A stretch of 64,000 bases of DNA, taken from an uncultured Lentimicrobiaceae bacterium (GTDB lineage Bacteria; Bacteroidota; Bacteroidia; Bacteroidales; SKPS01). The translations under genes and the position numbers were made by a program. How positions within the stretch are numbered: position 1 is the first letter of the stretch; every line of letters begins with the position of its first letter. Below are positions 34,232 to 43,409 of the stretch, piece by piece. Below the pieces are notes generated by a model, which saw only the letters and a list, made by a program, of their open reading frames with translations, ran no database searches and was not told the origin of the DNA. Where the stretch lies: positions 20,544 to 84,543 of the forward strand of contig CAZZBS010000007.1 in NCBI GenBank assembly GCA_964652685.1, written 5' to 3'.

Positions 34232-35512
34232 TTATCTGATCACGATCTTCCGTGTGATCCTTGATTCACCTGTAGCAACCTGGAACAGGTACATTCCGGA
34301 TCCCAGATGCTGCAAATCAAGTGTTTCCTGGATAAAGGATCCATCAGGAAGGAATTTTTCGAAAACGATCTGACCAATGGTATTGTACGCCGTCAACCGG
34401 ATGTCGGATTGCTTGTTCAGGATCAGTTCAATATGGAAAATACCATTGCCGGGATTGGGGTAGATCGTAAAATCATTAAGTTCCGGAATGTCTTCGATGC
34501 CTGTGGCCGGAACGCAGCCGTTGGAGGTCTTTAAACCGCTGCGGTATGCATTCAATGCAGCAAGCATCCGTGTTTTCTGCCCGTTGGTGAACATCACCAT
34601 GCAGGCATCGTCAACATAATCCATATAGTTCATGAACATCACACCCGGACTGTCTGGTGTACAAATATCCACTTGAGGATAGGTCGGGCATCCGTATAAT
34701 TCAGATGCCTGGTTCGGTGTGTCATTCACCAGGTCACTGCCCCAGCAGGCACCGTTGTCATCCCCCCAGACATGGATCAGGTTAAACCAGTGCCCAATTT
34801 CGTGTGTGGCTGTCCTTCCTTTATTGTAAGGTGAACTGGCCCCGGTTGTGCCGAAATACTTGTAACAAATCACGATACCATCTGTCGAGGCAGAACCTCC
34901 CGGCGGTTGCGTATATCCCAGCACACCCCCGGTGAGGTTCACCACCCAGATGTTCATGTATTTTGTGCGGTCCCAGATGCTTTTTCCTCCAAGAGAGGTT
35001 GACTTGATCTTGTTGTCATCATTATAAGTAAAACTGCTCTGGGTAACCTCCGTCCTGGTTACACCATTGGTCCAGTTGCCCTGCGGATCACGCTGGGCAA
35101 GACAGAACTGGAACTCAACATCGGCTACCTTGTTCTGGAATGCTGCCGGGGTATTCGATACGTCTGTATTAAGCTTCCTGAAGTCCTTGTTTAAAACCTG
35201 GATCTGTTCCACAATGCGGCTGTGCGGAATATTCTGCGCAGTATTGCTGTACAGCACATGAACAACAACAGGGATGGTATACACCACTTTCTGCTGTCCG
35301 TTCACCTGTTCAGGATGGTCCTTGATCCATTGAATCATATCCAGCTCAATCTGTTGACGTCTCTCTAAAAATCCGGGATCCTGCCCGATCAGCATTTGAA
35401 CATATTCATTATAGCCACATTTGCGGACAGGTATCTCATCTCCTTGATGCTGCCCATGCAACAGTACAGGAAGGATCAATAAAAGAATTACCAGTGTATT
35501 GATTCTAAACAT
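34232..35512 (-). CDS. M43 (cytophagalysin/pappalysin-like) zinc metalloprotease with a T9SS C-terminal sorting domain
   Basis: The zinc motif is HEIGHWFNLIHVWGDD and the Met-turn region is VMFMNYMDY. The signal peptide is present. The last ~80 aa (...TIYPNPGNGIFHIEL...GMYLFQVATGESRITRKIVIR) look like a type-A Por CTD. Confidence 0.85.
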   Translation of the reverse strand: MFRINTLVILLLILPVLLHGQHQGDEIPVRKCGYNEYVQMLIGQDPGFLERRQQIELDMIQWIKDHPEQVNGQQKVVYTIPVVVHVLYSNTAQNIPHSRIVEQIQVLNKDFRKLNTDVSNTPAAFQNKVADVEFQFCLAQRDPQGNWTNGVTRTEVTQSSFTYNDDNKIKSTSLGGKSIWDRTKYMNIWVVNLTGGVLGYTQPPGGSASTDGIVICYKYFGTTGASSPYNKGRTATHEIGHWFNLIHVWGDDNGACWGSDLVNDTPNQASELYGCPTYPQVDICTPDSPGVMFMNYMDYVDDACMVMFTNGQKTRMLAALNAYRSGLKTSNGCVPATGIEDIPELNDFTIYPNPGNGIFHIELILNKQSDIRLTAYNTIGQIVFEKFLPDGSFIQETLDLQHLGSGMYLFQVATGESRITRKIVIR

Positions 35513-35606
35513 TTGATTTCAGGTTGGTTATCTGCTTTTTAAGTTGTATTGTTTTCGTTACATCGTCATGGAGGATTGTAAAAACTCCCGGGCATCTCTT
35601 CGGATG

Positions 35607-35614
35607 CAAAGGTA
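35607..35614 (-). promoter_or_regulatory. -7 box TACCTTTG (minus strand) upstream of the M43 gene
   Basis: The plus strand reads CAAAGGTA, 95 nt upstream of the start at 35512. Confidence 0.35.
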
Positions 35615-35705
35615 AGGTTTTTCCCTATACAGTGGCCACAATACGCTTCCGGAAATCTCTCATCCTGTTGATGTAGAAACAATCATTATCTGGATGAAAA
35701 TCTGC

Positions 35706-37877
35706 CTATTCTACAATCAGGATTTTCTGGTGGAATGGGCCGGATGGCAGCTGTAGCTCAAGGCGGTAGATACCCGGTGATAGTTGTGATATATCCAGGA
35801 CGAAGGTCTCTCCGGATCCGTTGTCCCATTGCTGATTGAGAACCTGTCTTCCCTGCAGGTCCATGATGCTTACAGAAATCAACCGCTGGTCACATACGAT
35901 ATTAAGGACATCCCGCGCAGGAACGGGAAAAATACGGTGGGTTGGTGTTGTGTTTTCAACCATGCCGGGGCTGCCGACAACGATGTAATCATGCCTGTAG
36001 AGGGTGTCATGGCCTGAAAAGTTGGAGACAACCAATTGTACATCATAATTGCCAGGGATGTCGTATCGTATATCTTGAGGATGTTGCAATGTGGAAATCG
36101 AAGGATCGCCACCGGGGAAGTGCCATTCCCATTGATGCGGATTCCCGGCAGAATAGTCTGTGAAATCAACGGTCTGCCCTGCCAAAACCATGGATGGGGT
36201 TCCTGTGAACCAGGCATAGGGGAGTGGCTGAAGGGGCATGATAAAGATATATTGTGGTTTGGCAAGATATCCGTATCCATTTGTATTATAGCTTTTTAAA
36301 CTTACAGTGTAAATGCCGGAAGCGGTATAGATATGCCAGGGGTGCTGAAGCTGACTGGAGTCTCCGTCCCCGAAATCCCACTTCCAATCGATTGGGTTAT
36401 TACTGGATAAGTCTGTAAAAAAGATGGTGTCTCCCGGAAAAGTGATCATCGGGGTAGCGCTGAACTGAACAACCGGCAGTGGCCCGGTGACGGTGATATA
36501 ATTGTATTTGGTAATACTGTCGGAGCCACTCATGTTCGAAACAGCGAGGCTGACATCAAATACTCCGGGATTACCATAGATATGTTGGGGATGCTGTTGT
36601 GCGCTTGTTTGCCCGTCCCCGAAATCCCAGTGCCAGGCGGTCGGGAAGTTACTGCTGTTGTCTGTGAAGGAGACCGGTATCCCCTGTGACATGATGGTGG
36701 GTGATGCCGAGAAAGCGGCAACCGGGGCCTGAATACCTGAAGGTATAAGTCCGATGATAGCGCCCTGCAGATAGCTGAAATGGTAGTTTGTCGTGGTAAG
36801 CGAATCAAGATAGAACCATCCGTTCTGGCTTCCGTTCCACCCCCAGTTGCAGTGAAAATGGTTGTCAAGTACCCCCTGATAACCGTCAATGACCCAGGCG
36901 TGCCCGACCTGAATAACAGAATCGGTTCCCTTGTAAATGATCGGGTGGGCGCTGTCAAGTTCAGCCCTGATCATGGATCCCCATAGCGAATCCGTATAGT
37001 TGTTCTTTTCCAGATACGCTGCAATGGTGTCAAAACCGAAATGGTCGGTCATAGCATCCCTGGCATTGACCATACCGGCGCCGGAGCCTGTCGGGCCGAA
37101 ATCCATGTTTACCGATACGGCAGCATGATAGCATACCTGGGCAACAGCGCTGCTGGCAGAAGTCAGGGTAACAGGCATCGAACCCCAATTATAGTAAGTA
37201 TTGCTAAAGTTGGCAGATTGGATTCCATATACCGGATGTACATAACCGTTTGATCCGGTGCCTTGTGGAGGATGGCTCCAGTATTTCATCAACTGCACCA
37301 TCGAAATGGCAACACATCCTACGGGGACACGTCCGCATAAATTAGGTCCTACACTGGTATCAACCGGGCAATATGCATTGTAGTAACACCCTTGTCCCCA
37401 GGCAATAGGACCCAGCAGCGGAGGGACAGACTGAACGTATGCCGGATTAAACTGTGCGTACGGGGCACCATAATGTATCCATGCGGCCTGTGCCTCCGCT
37501 GTGGCAGGCAGGGAAAAGTCAATATGATGGAGGATCTCTGCAGTATACTTCTGCATCAGGGAACGGAAAGCCGGGGGTTGAGCGGTCTCATCCAGGTTGT
37601 ATTGTCCGGTGAGGGAGTAACCTGGAACCGGGTAAACACGATCATCCCCGGATACAATGACAAAACCCTGTCCGGGCATTCCCTGGAAAATGTACATCAC
37701 AACCAGTGAACCACCCGAAATGGTTTGTACATCCGAAATGGTGAACATGATGCCACCACTTCGCTCAAAGTAGAAATTGACTGCAAGCCGGGCAGCATCT
37801 TCCTGACTGACAGGGGCAGCAAAGGAAATGATACTGCAAACCAACAGTGTGATCGAAGTATAGAGTCTTTTTATCAT
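35706..37877 (-). CDS. C10 (streptopain-like) cysteine peptidase with three PKD domains and a T9SS C-terminal sorting domain
   Basis: 723 aa.
- Signal peptide, then an N-terminal Spi-like prodomain.
- Catalytic region: PVGCVAISMVQLMKYW (Cys) and VGHAWVIDGY (His).
- Three PKD repeats, each with a W.WDFGDG-type core: WHWDFGDG, WKWDFGDG and WEWHFPGG.
- C-terminal CTD: IFPVPARDVLNIV...GIYRLELQL...KILIVE. Confidence 0.85.
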   Translation of the reverse strand: MIKRLYTSITLLVCSIISFAAPVSQEDAARLAVNFYFERSGGIMFTISDVQTISGGSLVVMYIFQGMPGQGFVIVSGDDRVYPVPGYSLTGQYNLDETAQPPAFRSLMQKYTAEILHHIDFSLPATAEAQAAWIHYGAPYAQFNPAYVQSVPPLLGPIAWGQGCYYNAYCPVDTSVGPNLCGRVPVGCVAISMVQLMKYWSHPPQGTGSNGYVHPVYGIQSANFSNTYYNWGSMPVTLTSASSAVAQVCYHAAVSVNMDFGPTGSGAGMVNARDAMTDHFGFDTIAAYLEKNNYTDSLWGSMIRAELDSAHPIIYKGTDSVIQVGHAWVIDGYQGVLDNHFHCNWGWNGSQNGWFYLDSLTTTNYHFSYLQGAIIGLIPSGIQAPVAAFSASPTIMSQGIPVSFTDNSSNFPTAWHWDFGDGQTSAQQHPQHIYGNPGVFDVSLAVSNMSGSDSITKYNYITVTGPLPVVQFSATPMITFPGDTIFFTDLSSNNPIDWKWDFGDGDSSQLQHPWHIYTASGIYTVSLKSYNTNGYGYLAKPQYIFIMPLQPLPYAWFTGTPSMVLAGQTVDFTDYSAGNPHQWEWHFPGGDPSISTLQHPQDIRYDIPGNYDVQLVVSNFSGHDTLYRHDYIVVGSPGMVENTTPTHRIFPVPARDVLNIVCDQRLISVSIMDLQGRQVLNQQWDNGSGETFVLDISQLSPGIYRLELQLPSGPFHQKILIVE

Positions 37878-37909
37878 AAACTGATGAATTATTCATTTCC
37901 ACAAAGTAA

Positions 37910-37917
37910 CAAATTTA
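37910..37917 (-). promoter_or_regulatory. -7 box TAAATTTG (minus strand) upstream of the C10 gene
   Basis: The plus strand reads CAAATTTA, 33 nt upstream of the start at 37877. Confidence 0.4.
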
Positions 37918-37996
37918 ATCCGGAATTGTCGTGAAGGATTATTTTGCTTTGAAAATATCGTACTTTAGCCGGCACTAAAATAAAAACAAATCTGTC

Positions 37997-39409
37997 ATGA
38001 CTGAAGCAATCAAACAATCATTGCGTGAATCCAAAGCTGCCCGGTGGACAGCATTGGTCATCGTCTCATTTATGATGCTATGCGGCTACTATCTGGCCGA
38101 TGTGATGGCGCCGCTTAAAGGTTTGCTGGAACAGCAACTGAGCTGGACAAGTGCCCAGTATGGCTTTTTCACCAGTGCCTATGGCTGGTTCAATGTGTTC
38201 CTCTTCTTTCTGATAATCGGTGGTATTATACTCGACCGGATGGGAGTCAGGTTTACAGGGCTGATGGCTGCCATGATCATGGTATTGGGTATAGCCGTTA
38301 AGTATTGGGCGGTATCTACCCACATGCTTGATGGTCAGACATGGAAAATCCTTTGGTTCCATTCCAATGCCCAGGTTTTTGTTGCGGGACTCGGTTTTGC
38401 CATCTTTGGCGTGGGTGTCGAAGTGGCAGGGATCACTGTATCCAAGATCATCGTGAAGTGGTTCAAGGGGAAAGAGATGGCACTGGCTATGGGTCTTGAG
38501 ATGGCCATGGCACGTATCGGTACAGGCCTTGCCATTGGCACTTCCCTTCCCATTGCCAAATGGCTCGGTCATGTCTCAATGCCACTGTTGGTAGGGCTTG
38601 TCATGTCATGCATCGGGCTGATTGCATTCATCATCTATATCTTCCAGGATAAAAGACTGGATGCTTCTGAAAGAGCTGTCAACCTGCAGAAAAATGTCCA
38701 ACCTGAACCTGAAGAGTCGTTCCGCCTGAAAGATATGCTTTTCATTATTACCAACAAAGCCTGGTGGTTCATTGCCATCCTCTGCGTCCTCTTTTATTCA
38801 GCTGTTTTTCCTTTCCTGAAGTATGCCACCGACCTGATGATCAATAAGTTTTCAGTCAGAGAGGAATTGGCAGGGCTGATTCCGGCATTGCTACCTTTCG
38901 GGACAATCATCCTGACACCATTTTTTGGCAATCTGTATGACCGAAGAGGAAAAGGGGCCACCATTATGATCATCGGTGCACTGCTGCTGATCTTTGTTCA
39001 TTCCATTTATTCCATCCCCAGTCTCAACCACTGGTTCATTGCATTTGCCATGATCATCACCCTTGGCATCGGTTTCTCCCTTGTTCCCTCTGCTATGTGG
39101 CCCTCTGTGCCTAAAATTATTCCTGAAAAACAGCTGGGAACTGCTTATGCACTGATTTTCTGGGTGCAGAACTGGGGTTTGATGGGAGTGCCTGCCCTGA
39201 TCGGATGGGTCCTAAACAAATATTGCATAACAGGGTTTGTCATGAAGGAAGGGGTTGAAGTTGCCCAGTATGATTATACCCTCCCCATGATGATCTTTAC
39301 ATCCCTGGGTTTGCTTGCCCTCATTTTCGCATTCCTCCTCAAACGCGAAGACCGGATCAAAGGGTACGGTCTCCAGAAACCCAATATCGAAAGGTTGATC
39401 GAAGATTAA
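37997..39409 (+). CDS. MFS transporter
   Basis: 470 aa with about 12 hydrophobic helices in two halves, separated by a charged loop (DKRLDASERAVNLQKNVQPEPEESFR). An MFS-like loop motif is GGIILDRMGVR. Confidence 0.8.
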   Translation: MTEAIKQSLRESKAARWTALVIVSFMMLCGYYLADVMAPLKGLLEQQLSWTSAQYGFFTSAYGWFNVFLFFLIIGGIILDRMGVRFTGLMAAMIMVLGIAVKYWAVSTHMLDGQTWKILWFHSNAQVFVAGLGFAIFGVGVEVAGITVSKIIVKWFKGKEMALAMGLEMAMARIGTGLAIGTSLPIAKWLGHVSMPLLVGLVMSCIGLIAFIIYIFQDKRLDASERAVNLQKNVQPEPEESFRLKDMLFIITNKAWWFIAILCVLFYSAVFPFLKYATDLMINKFSVREELAGLIPALLPFGTIILTPFFGNLYDRRGKGATIMIIGALLLIFVHSIYSIPSLNHWFIAFAMIITLGIGFSLVPSAMWPSVPKIIPEKQLGTAYALIFWVQNWGLMGVPALIGWVLNKYCITGFVMKEGVEVAQYDYTLPMMIFTSLGLLALIFAFLLKREDRIKGYGLQKPNIERLIED

Positions 39410-39429
39410 CCTGAAAATACGATGTATGT

Positions 39430-39470
39430 GAAAGCCGGTATTGTCATTCATGACAGAACCGGCTTTCTTT
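39430..39470 (+). terminator. Long compound hairpin terminator after the MFS gene
   Basis: GAAAGCCGGT (39430-39439) pairs with ACCGGCTTTC (39458-39467). An inner TGTCAT/ATGACA stem lies inside, and TTTAT follows. Confidence 0.65.
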
Positions 39471-39521
39471 ATGATTGATCAACCACGATAGGGTGCTGTT
39501 GAGAATTCTACCTGAAATAGA

Positions 39522-39529
39522 TATCTTTG
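39522..39529 (+). promoter_or_regulatory. -7 box TATCTTTG upstream of mqnB
   Basis: Exact TAnnTTTG match. It overlaps the ORF-track TTG start at 39527, which is therefore rejected. Confidence 0.4.
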
Positions 39530-39541
39530 CATGACAGAATC

Positions 39542-40273
39542 ATGGCAAATCCAACGGGCACAATTCCACAACACCCGATGCAAACTGCAGGTGAACGGCA
39601 TCTTCTGGTTTCTGCAACCTGTCTGGAGGTGAAACCCTTGCTGGAAAAAGTATTCCATCACGTTCCAGATGCATCACCCGGTAAGCCGATACCCTTACCG
39701 GGTACGGGCTTCGACCTGTTGATCACCGGTACAGGGATCGTGGCTATGGCTTTCCATTCTGCGCTTATGCTGCAGGGATCCATGTATTCGCTGGCGATCA
39801 ATGCAGGCGTTGCCGGTTCATTTAATCCGGCCTTCAACCCGGGCACCCTGGTTTGGGTAATGAAAGATCGGTTTGCCGACCTGGGGTTAGAATCCCCTGA
39901 TGGTTTTGTCACAGGGGAAAAACTCCCCATTACCCTGGCAGACAAACCCCCCTGGCAGAATGGATGGCTTGTACCGGGAATGCCTGCCCGTTTCCCGGTT
40001 GAAGACCTCCCGGCCTGTGTCGCCGTTACTTCTGACACTATCCACACAAAGCCCGATTCCATTCAGCGGATCAGGGACCTTTACCAGGCAGACATCGAAA
40101 CCATGGAGGGTGCTGCATTCTTCTATGCCTGCTTGCAGAGCAATGTCCCCTGTGTCCAGATAAGGGCCGTCTCCAATATGGCAGCCCCCCGCGATGAAGC
40201 CAGCTGGCAACTGGATCGTACCATCGGAATACTGAATGACTGGCTTATCCCACATATAAGTACTGCAATATGA
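39542..40273 (+). CDS. mqnB: Futalosine hydrolase (nucleosidase, PNP_UDP_1 fold)
   Basis: Typical MqnB elements are HLLVSATCLEVKPLL, LLITGTGIVAMA, AGVAGSF and ETMEGAAFFYAC. The start is ATG 39542, or ATG 39578 (MQTAGERHLLV). The stop overlaps the mqnD start (ATGA). Confidence 0.75.
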   Translation: MANPTGTIPQHPMQTAGERHLLVSATCLEVKPLLEKVFHHVPDASPGKPIPLPGTGFDLLITGTGIVAMAFHSALMLQGSMYSLAINAGVAGSFNPAFNPGTLVWVMKDRFADLGLESPDGFVTGEKLPITLADKPPWQNGWLVPGMPARFPVEDLPACVAVTSDTIHTKPDSIQRIRDLYQADIETMEGAAFFYACLQSNVPCVQIRAVSNMAAPRDEASWQLDRTIGILNDWLIPHISTAI

Positions 40274-41121
40274 ACCCGCTGAAAATCTGTTTTTCCCCTT
40301 GCCCGAACGATACCTTCATCTTCGATGCACTGGTACACCATAAAATGGACTCACAGGGATTCAGCTTCGACATGCTGGTGACCGATGTGGAGATGTTGAA
40401 CAAAATGGCTGCCCTGGGAGAACCCGATATCATCAAAATAAGTTATGTACACCTGGCGGCGGTCTCTCATCATTATATCGCTTTGACATCGGGCGGGGCG
40501 ATGGGCTATCATAATGGCCCTTTGCTGGTCTCCATGGCCCCAATAAAAAAAACAGAGCTGCGGAATGCCCTTGTGGCTATCCCCGGTGAACATACCACAG
40601 CCCGTCACCTCCTTCGTCGCTATTTCCCGGAAATAACCCATACACGGGAACTTCATTTCTCCGAAATAGTAGATTCTGTTGCAGATGGCATCGTTGACAC
40701 CGGCCTGATCATCCATGAATCCAGGTTTACCTACAGGCAGAAAGGGCTTCATGAAATAGCCGACCTGGGTGTCCTTTGGCACAAGGAAACAGCACTTCCT
40801 CTCCCGCTGGGTTGTATCGTAGCCAAGCGTTCCCTGCCCCCCCAACACCTGAAACAGCTTAACAGCCTGATCGCAGGAAGCGTGCGTTTCGCCCTGAATG
40901 AACCTTCGCAGGCTTTGGGGTTTGTGAAAAAGTATGCTGCATCCATGGATGATGATATTATGATGAAACATATCGGATTGTATGTAAATGATTTCTCTGT
41001 AAGCGCCGGCCCTGAAGGAAAAAAAGCTGCCAGACTTTTGCTGAAGGATATGGGCCGGATGACTGAACCCCTGTTTGTGGATGAGATCAATGAACGGATC
41101 AATATTGAAAAAACTGCCTGA
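40270..41121 (+). CDS. mqnD: 1,4-dihydroxy-6-naphthoate synthase
   Basis: The N-terminus MNPLKICFSPCPNDTFIFDALVHHKMD and ...LIIHESRFTY... match the MqnD family. 283 aa. Confidence 0.85.
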   Translation: MNPLKICFSPCPNDTFIFDALVHHKMDSQGFSFDMLVTDVEMLNKMAALGEPDIIKISYVHLAAVSHHYIALTSGGAMGYHNGPLLVSMAPIKKTELRNALVAIPGEHTTARHLLRRYFPEITHTRELHFSEIVDSVADGIVDTGLIIHESRFTYRQKGLHEIADLGVLWHKETALPLPLGCIVAKRSLPPQHLKQLNSLIAGSVRFALNEPSQALGFVKKYAASMDDDIMMKHIGLYVNDFSVSAGPEGKKAARLLLKDMGRMTEPLFVDEINERINIEKTA

Positions 41122-41185
41122 TCCATTATATTTGCACGATGATGCAGGATCAATGATGTTAACCAGGCAATCTTACCCTATTGTT

Positions 41186-42049
41186 ATGAAAGCAGGATGG
41201 TTGTTTGTCGTTTTGTTCGTTTTCCTTATTTCCTGCAGGCACAAAAACGAGAGCCTGCAACCGGTTGCTGATACATCGCAAACATTTGCCGATACCATTC
41301 AACCCGGCAGGAAACTGGCTTTCCGGGAGTGCAATGCCCTGGTGGTAGGTGAAGGTGTGCGGCTGAGATCCGCTCCGGATATTACGTCTGAAGTGGTTGA
41401 AAAACTGAATACCGGGGCTCTGTTACGGATCATCAGGTCAGGTGACAGCAAAGTCCTCCTTGGCCCTCACGATCCCTGTAATCCCGATGGATTTTCCTGG
41501 TGTGAGGTGATCGGATCGGGTGGGGAAAGGGGATGGATATACGGTGAGTTCATTTTCCGCCTCGTGATCAAAGGGCGAAATGATAGTCTGCTCGATAACC
41601 TCCAGCTGAAATTATTCAAACGTCATTACAAGTTCAATGAACAATGGTACAGGATGGGATTTGCCACAGCCCTCAGGTCGGCTGTGTTCCCCAAGGGAGA
41701 TACTGCCTGTGTCCGGTACCTGATCCCTTTCATGTACCTGGAACAGGAAGGTATCGCTTACCCGCTGAAGTTCTTTCCCAACAAAAAAAATATTGTAAAT
41801 ATGGCAACCCTCACCAAAGAACAAGGGTACTTTCAGTTTACGAGGGGTGGCCTTCATGACGATTCTTTAGATGCATACAGGATGTTGGATGATGAACTGC
41901 AGCTGACCCTGGCCCGTCAATCCGATCCGGAAGAGGACCCTTTCAGGTATACCCTGGTCATGAAACCCGCCACAGGCTTCTTCTCTGTCATCCCAACTGA
42001 TCCCGGCAGGGAATACCTGCCTTCGAAACAAAAAAAACAACCGCAATGA
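41186..42049 (+). CDS. Lipoprotein with an SH3b-like domain (hypothetical)
   Basis: The lipoprotein signal is MKAGWLFVVLFVFLISC|RHKNE. The SH3b-like segment is ALVVGEGVRLRSAPDITSEVVEKLNTGALLRIIRSG...WCEV...GWIYGEF. Alternative starts are 41153 and 41075. The stop overlaps the hldD start (ATGA). Confidence 0.65.
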   Translation: MKAGWLFVVLFVFLISCRHKNESLQPVADTSQTFADTIQPGRKLAFRECNALVVGEGVRLRSAPDITSEVVEKLNTGALLRIIRSGDSKVLLGPHDPCNPDGFSWCEVIGSGGERGWIYGEFIFRLVIKGRNDSLLDNLQLKLFKRHYKFNEQWYRMGFATALRSAVFPKGDTACVRYLIPFMYLEQEGIAYPLKFFPNKKNIVNMATLTKEQGYFQFTRGGLHDDSLDAYRMLDDELQLTLARQSDPEEDPFRYTLVMKPATGFFSVIPTDPGREYLPSKQKKQPQ

Positions 42050-43011
42050 TCATCATCACAGGAGCAGCAGGCTTTATCGGCAGTTGCCTGGTCAACAAAC
42101 TGAACAACAAAGGACATTCGGCTATTGTTGTTGCGGATGATTTCTCCGACCCGGACAAAATGAAAAACCTCAGGGGTAAAAGTGTGGCCCATTTTGTCCA
42201 TCGGGATGATCTTTTTGGCTGGCTGGAAAAGAACCATGCCTTTGTGGAGGCGGTCTATCATTTGGGTGCAAGGACTGATACCACAGAAACCGATCCTGCG
42301 ATTTTCAATCGCCTGAACCTGGAATACAGTAAAACCCTTTTTTCAACTTGTACAAGATATAATTTGCCTTTGGTGTATGCAAGTTCAGCAGCCACTTACG
42401 GTGACGGTTGTCATGGTTATGATGATGAACACCGGAAGATTGATATCCTGGAACCGTTGAACCTCTATGGAAGATCCAAAAATGATTTCGACAAGTGGGT
42501 ATTGAAGCAGGATTCGGTTCCCCCGTTCTGGGTAGGTATGAAGTTTTTCAATGTGTTTGGCCCCAATGAATATCATAAAGGAAGAATGGCCTCTGTGGTC
42601 TTCCATGCATACCATCAGATCAGGGATCAGGGCTTTGTAACTCTGTTCAGGTCACATAAGCAGGGAATCGCAGATGGTGAACAGAAACGTGATTTTATCT
42701 ATGTAAAGGATGTGGTTTCTGTACTGTTGTTTATGATGACCACCAGGCCGGCTTCCGGGATCTATAATCTCGGAACTGGCAAGGCACGATCTTTTAACGA
42801 TCTGGTAAAAGCGACCTTTGATGCATGCAGGATCGAAACATCCGTTGTATTTATTGATACTCCGGAGGATATCAGGGAAAAATACCAGTATTTTACCGAA
42901 GCCTCCATGGGGAAGTTGCGCGACATCGGATACAACCTTCCTTTCTTTGAGCTGGAAGAAGCAGTGTCGGATTATGTGAATACCTATCTTGAAACCGGAG
43001 ATTATTACTGA
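42046..43011 (+). CDS. hldD: ADP-L-glycero-D-manno-heptose 6-epimerase
   Basis: The sequence begins MIIITGAAGFIGSCLVNKLN (Rossmann fold). It has the SDR catalytic motifs ASSAATYG and YGRSK, and the length (321 aa) fits HldD/RfaD. Confidence 0.85.
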   Translation: MIIITGAAGFIGSCLVNKLNNKGHSAIVVADDFSDPDKMKNLRGKSVAHFVHRDDLFGWLEKNHAFVEAVYHLGARTDTTETDPAIFNRLNLEYSKTLFSTCTRYNLPLVYASSAATYGDGCHGYDDEHRKIDILEPLNLYGRSKNDFDKWVLKQDSVPPFWVGMKFFNVFGPNEYHKGRMASVVFHAYHQIRDQGFVTLFRSHKQGIADGEQKRDFIYVKDVVSVLLFMMTTRPASGIYNLGTGKARSFNDLVKATFDACRIETSVVFIDTPEDIREKYQYFTEASMGKLRDIGYNLPFFELEEAVSDYVNTYLETGDYY

Positions 43012-43358
43012 CCGGATTCCAACCGTTTCAGCAGGTACTGGAGGTTATTCCTGATTTTTGTAAGCCGGTTTACCAGTTCCTCCTTTATCGTGGGCTCCCG
43101 GTAAGATGCCTTCATGTGCATCAGCTCCTTTGTCTCTGCAAGTGAATGCCCTTCATCGCGGATGAGTGAAAAAATACGGGTAAAATACTCCAGGTCCTTG
43201 CTTGTGAATAACCTGTTGCCTTTTTTGTTCTTGTGTGGTTTGATGACGTCAAACTCTTCAGCATAATATCGTATGAGTGAGGTGTTGACTCCAAACATGG
43301 AGGCCACCTCCCCGATGGGGAAAAATAACCGGGTAGTGTCTTTATCCTTTAGAGGCAT
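43005..43358 (-). CDS. MerR family transcriptional regulator
   Basis: 117 aa. The HTH is FPIGEVASMFGVNTSLIRYYAEEFDVI...GNRLFTSKDL, followed by a C-terminal coiled region. Confidence 0.8.
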   Translation of the reverse strand: MPLKDKDTTRLFFPIGEVASMFGVNTSLIRYYAEEFDVIKPHKNKKGNRLFTSKDLEYFTRIFSLIRDEGHSLAETKELMHMKASYREPTIKEELVNRLTKIRNNLQYLLKRLESGQ

Positions 43359-43409
43359 GCAGATAGCGTAGAACAGATTGGATGGATAAAAATAGAAAAT
43401 TAAATTGAG

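Noticed and set aside
35973-36725. Threefold internal repetition in the DNA of the C10 peptidase gene
   Set aside because: The repeats correspond to three diverged PKD domains (WHWDFGDG, WKWDFGDG, WEWHFPGG cores). This is protein-domain duplication, not a DNA-level repeat element or array.
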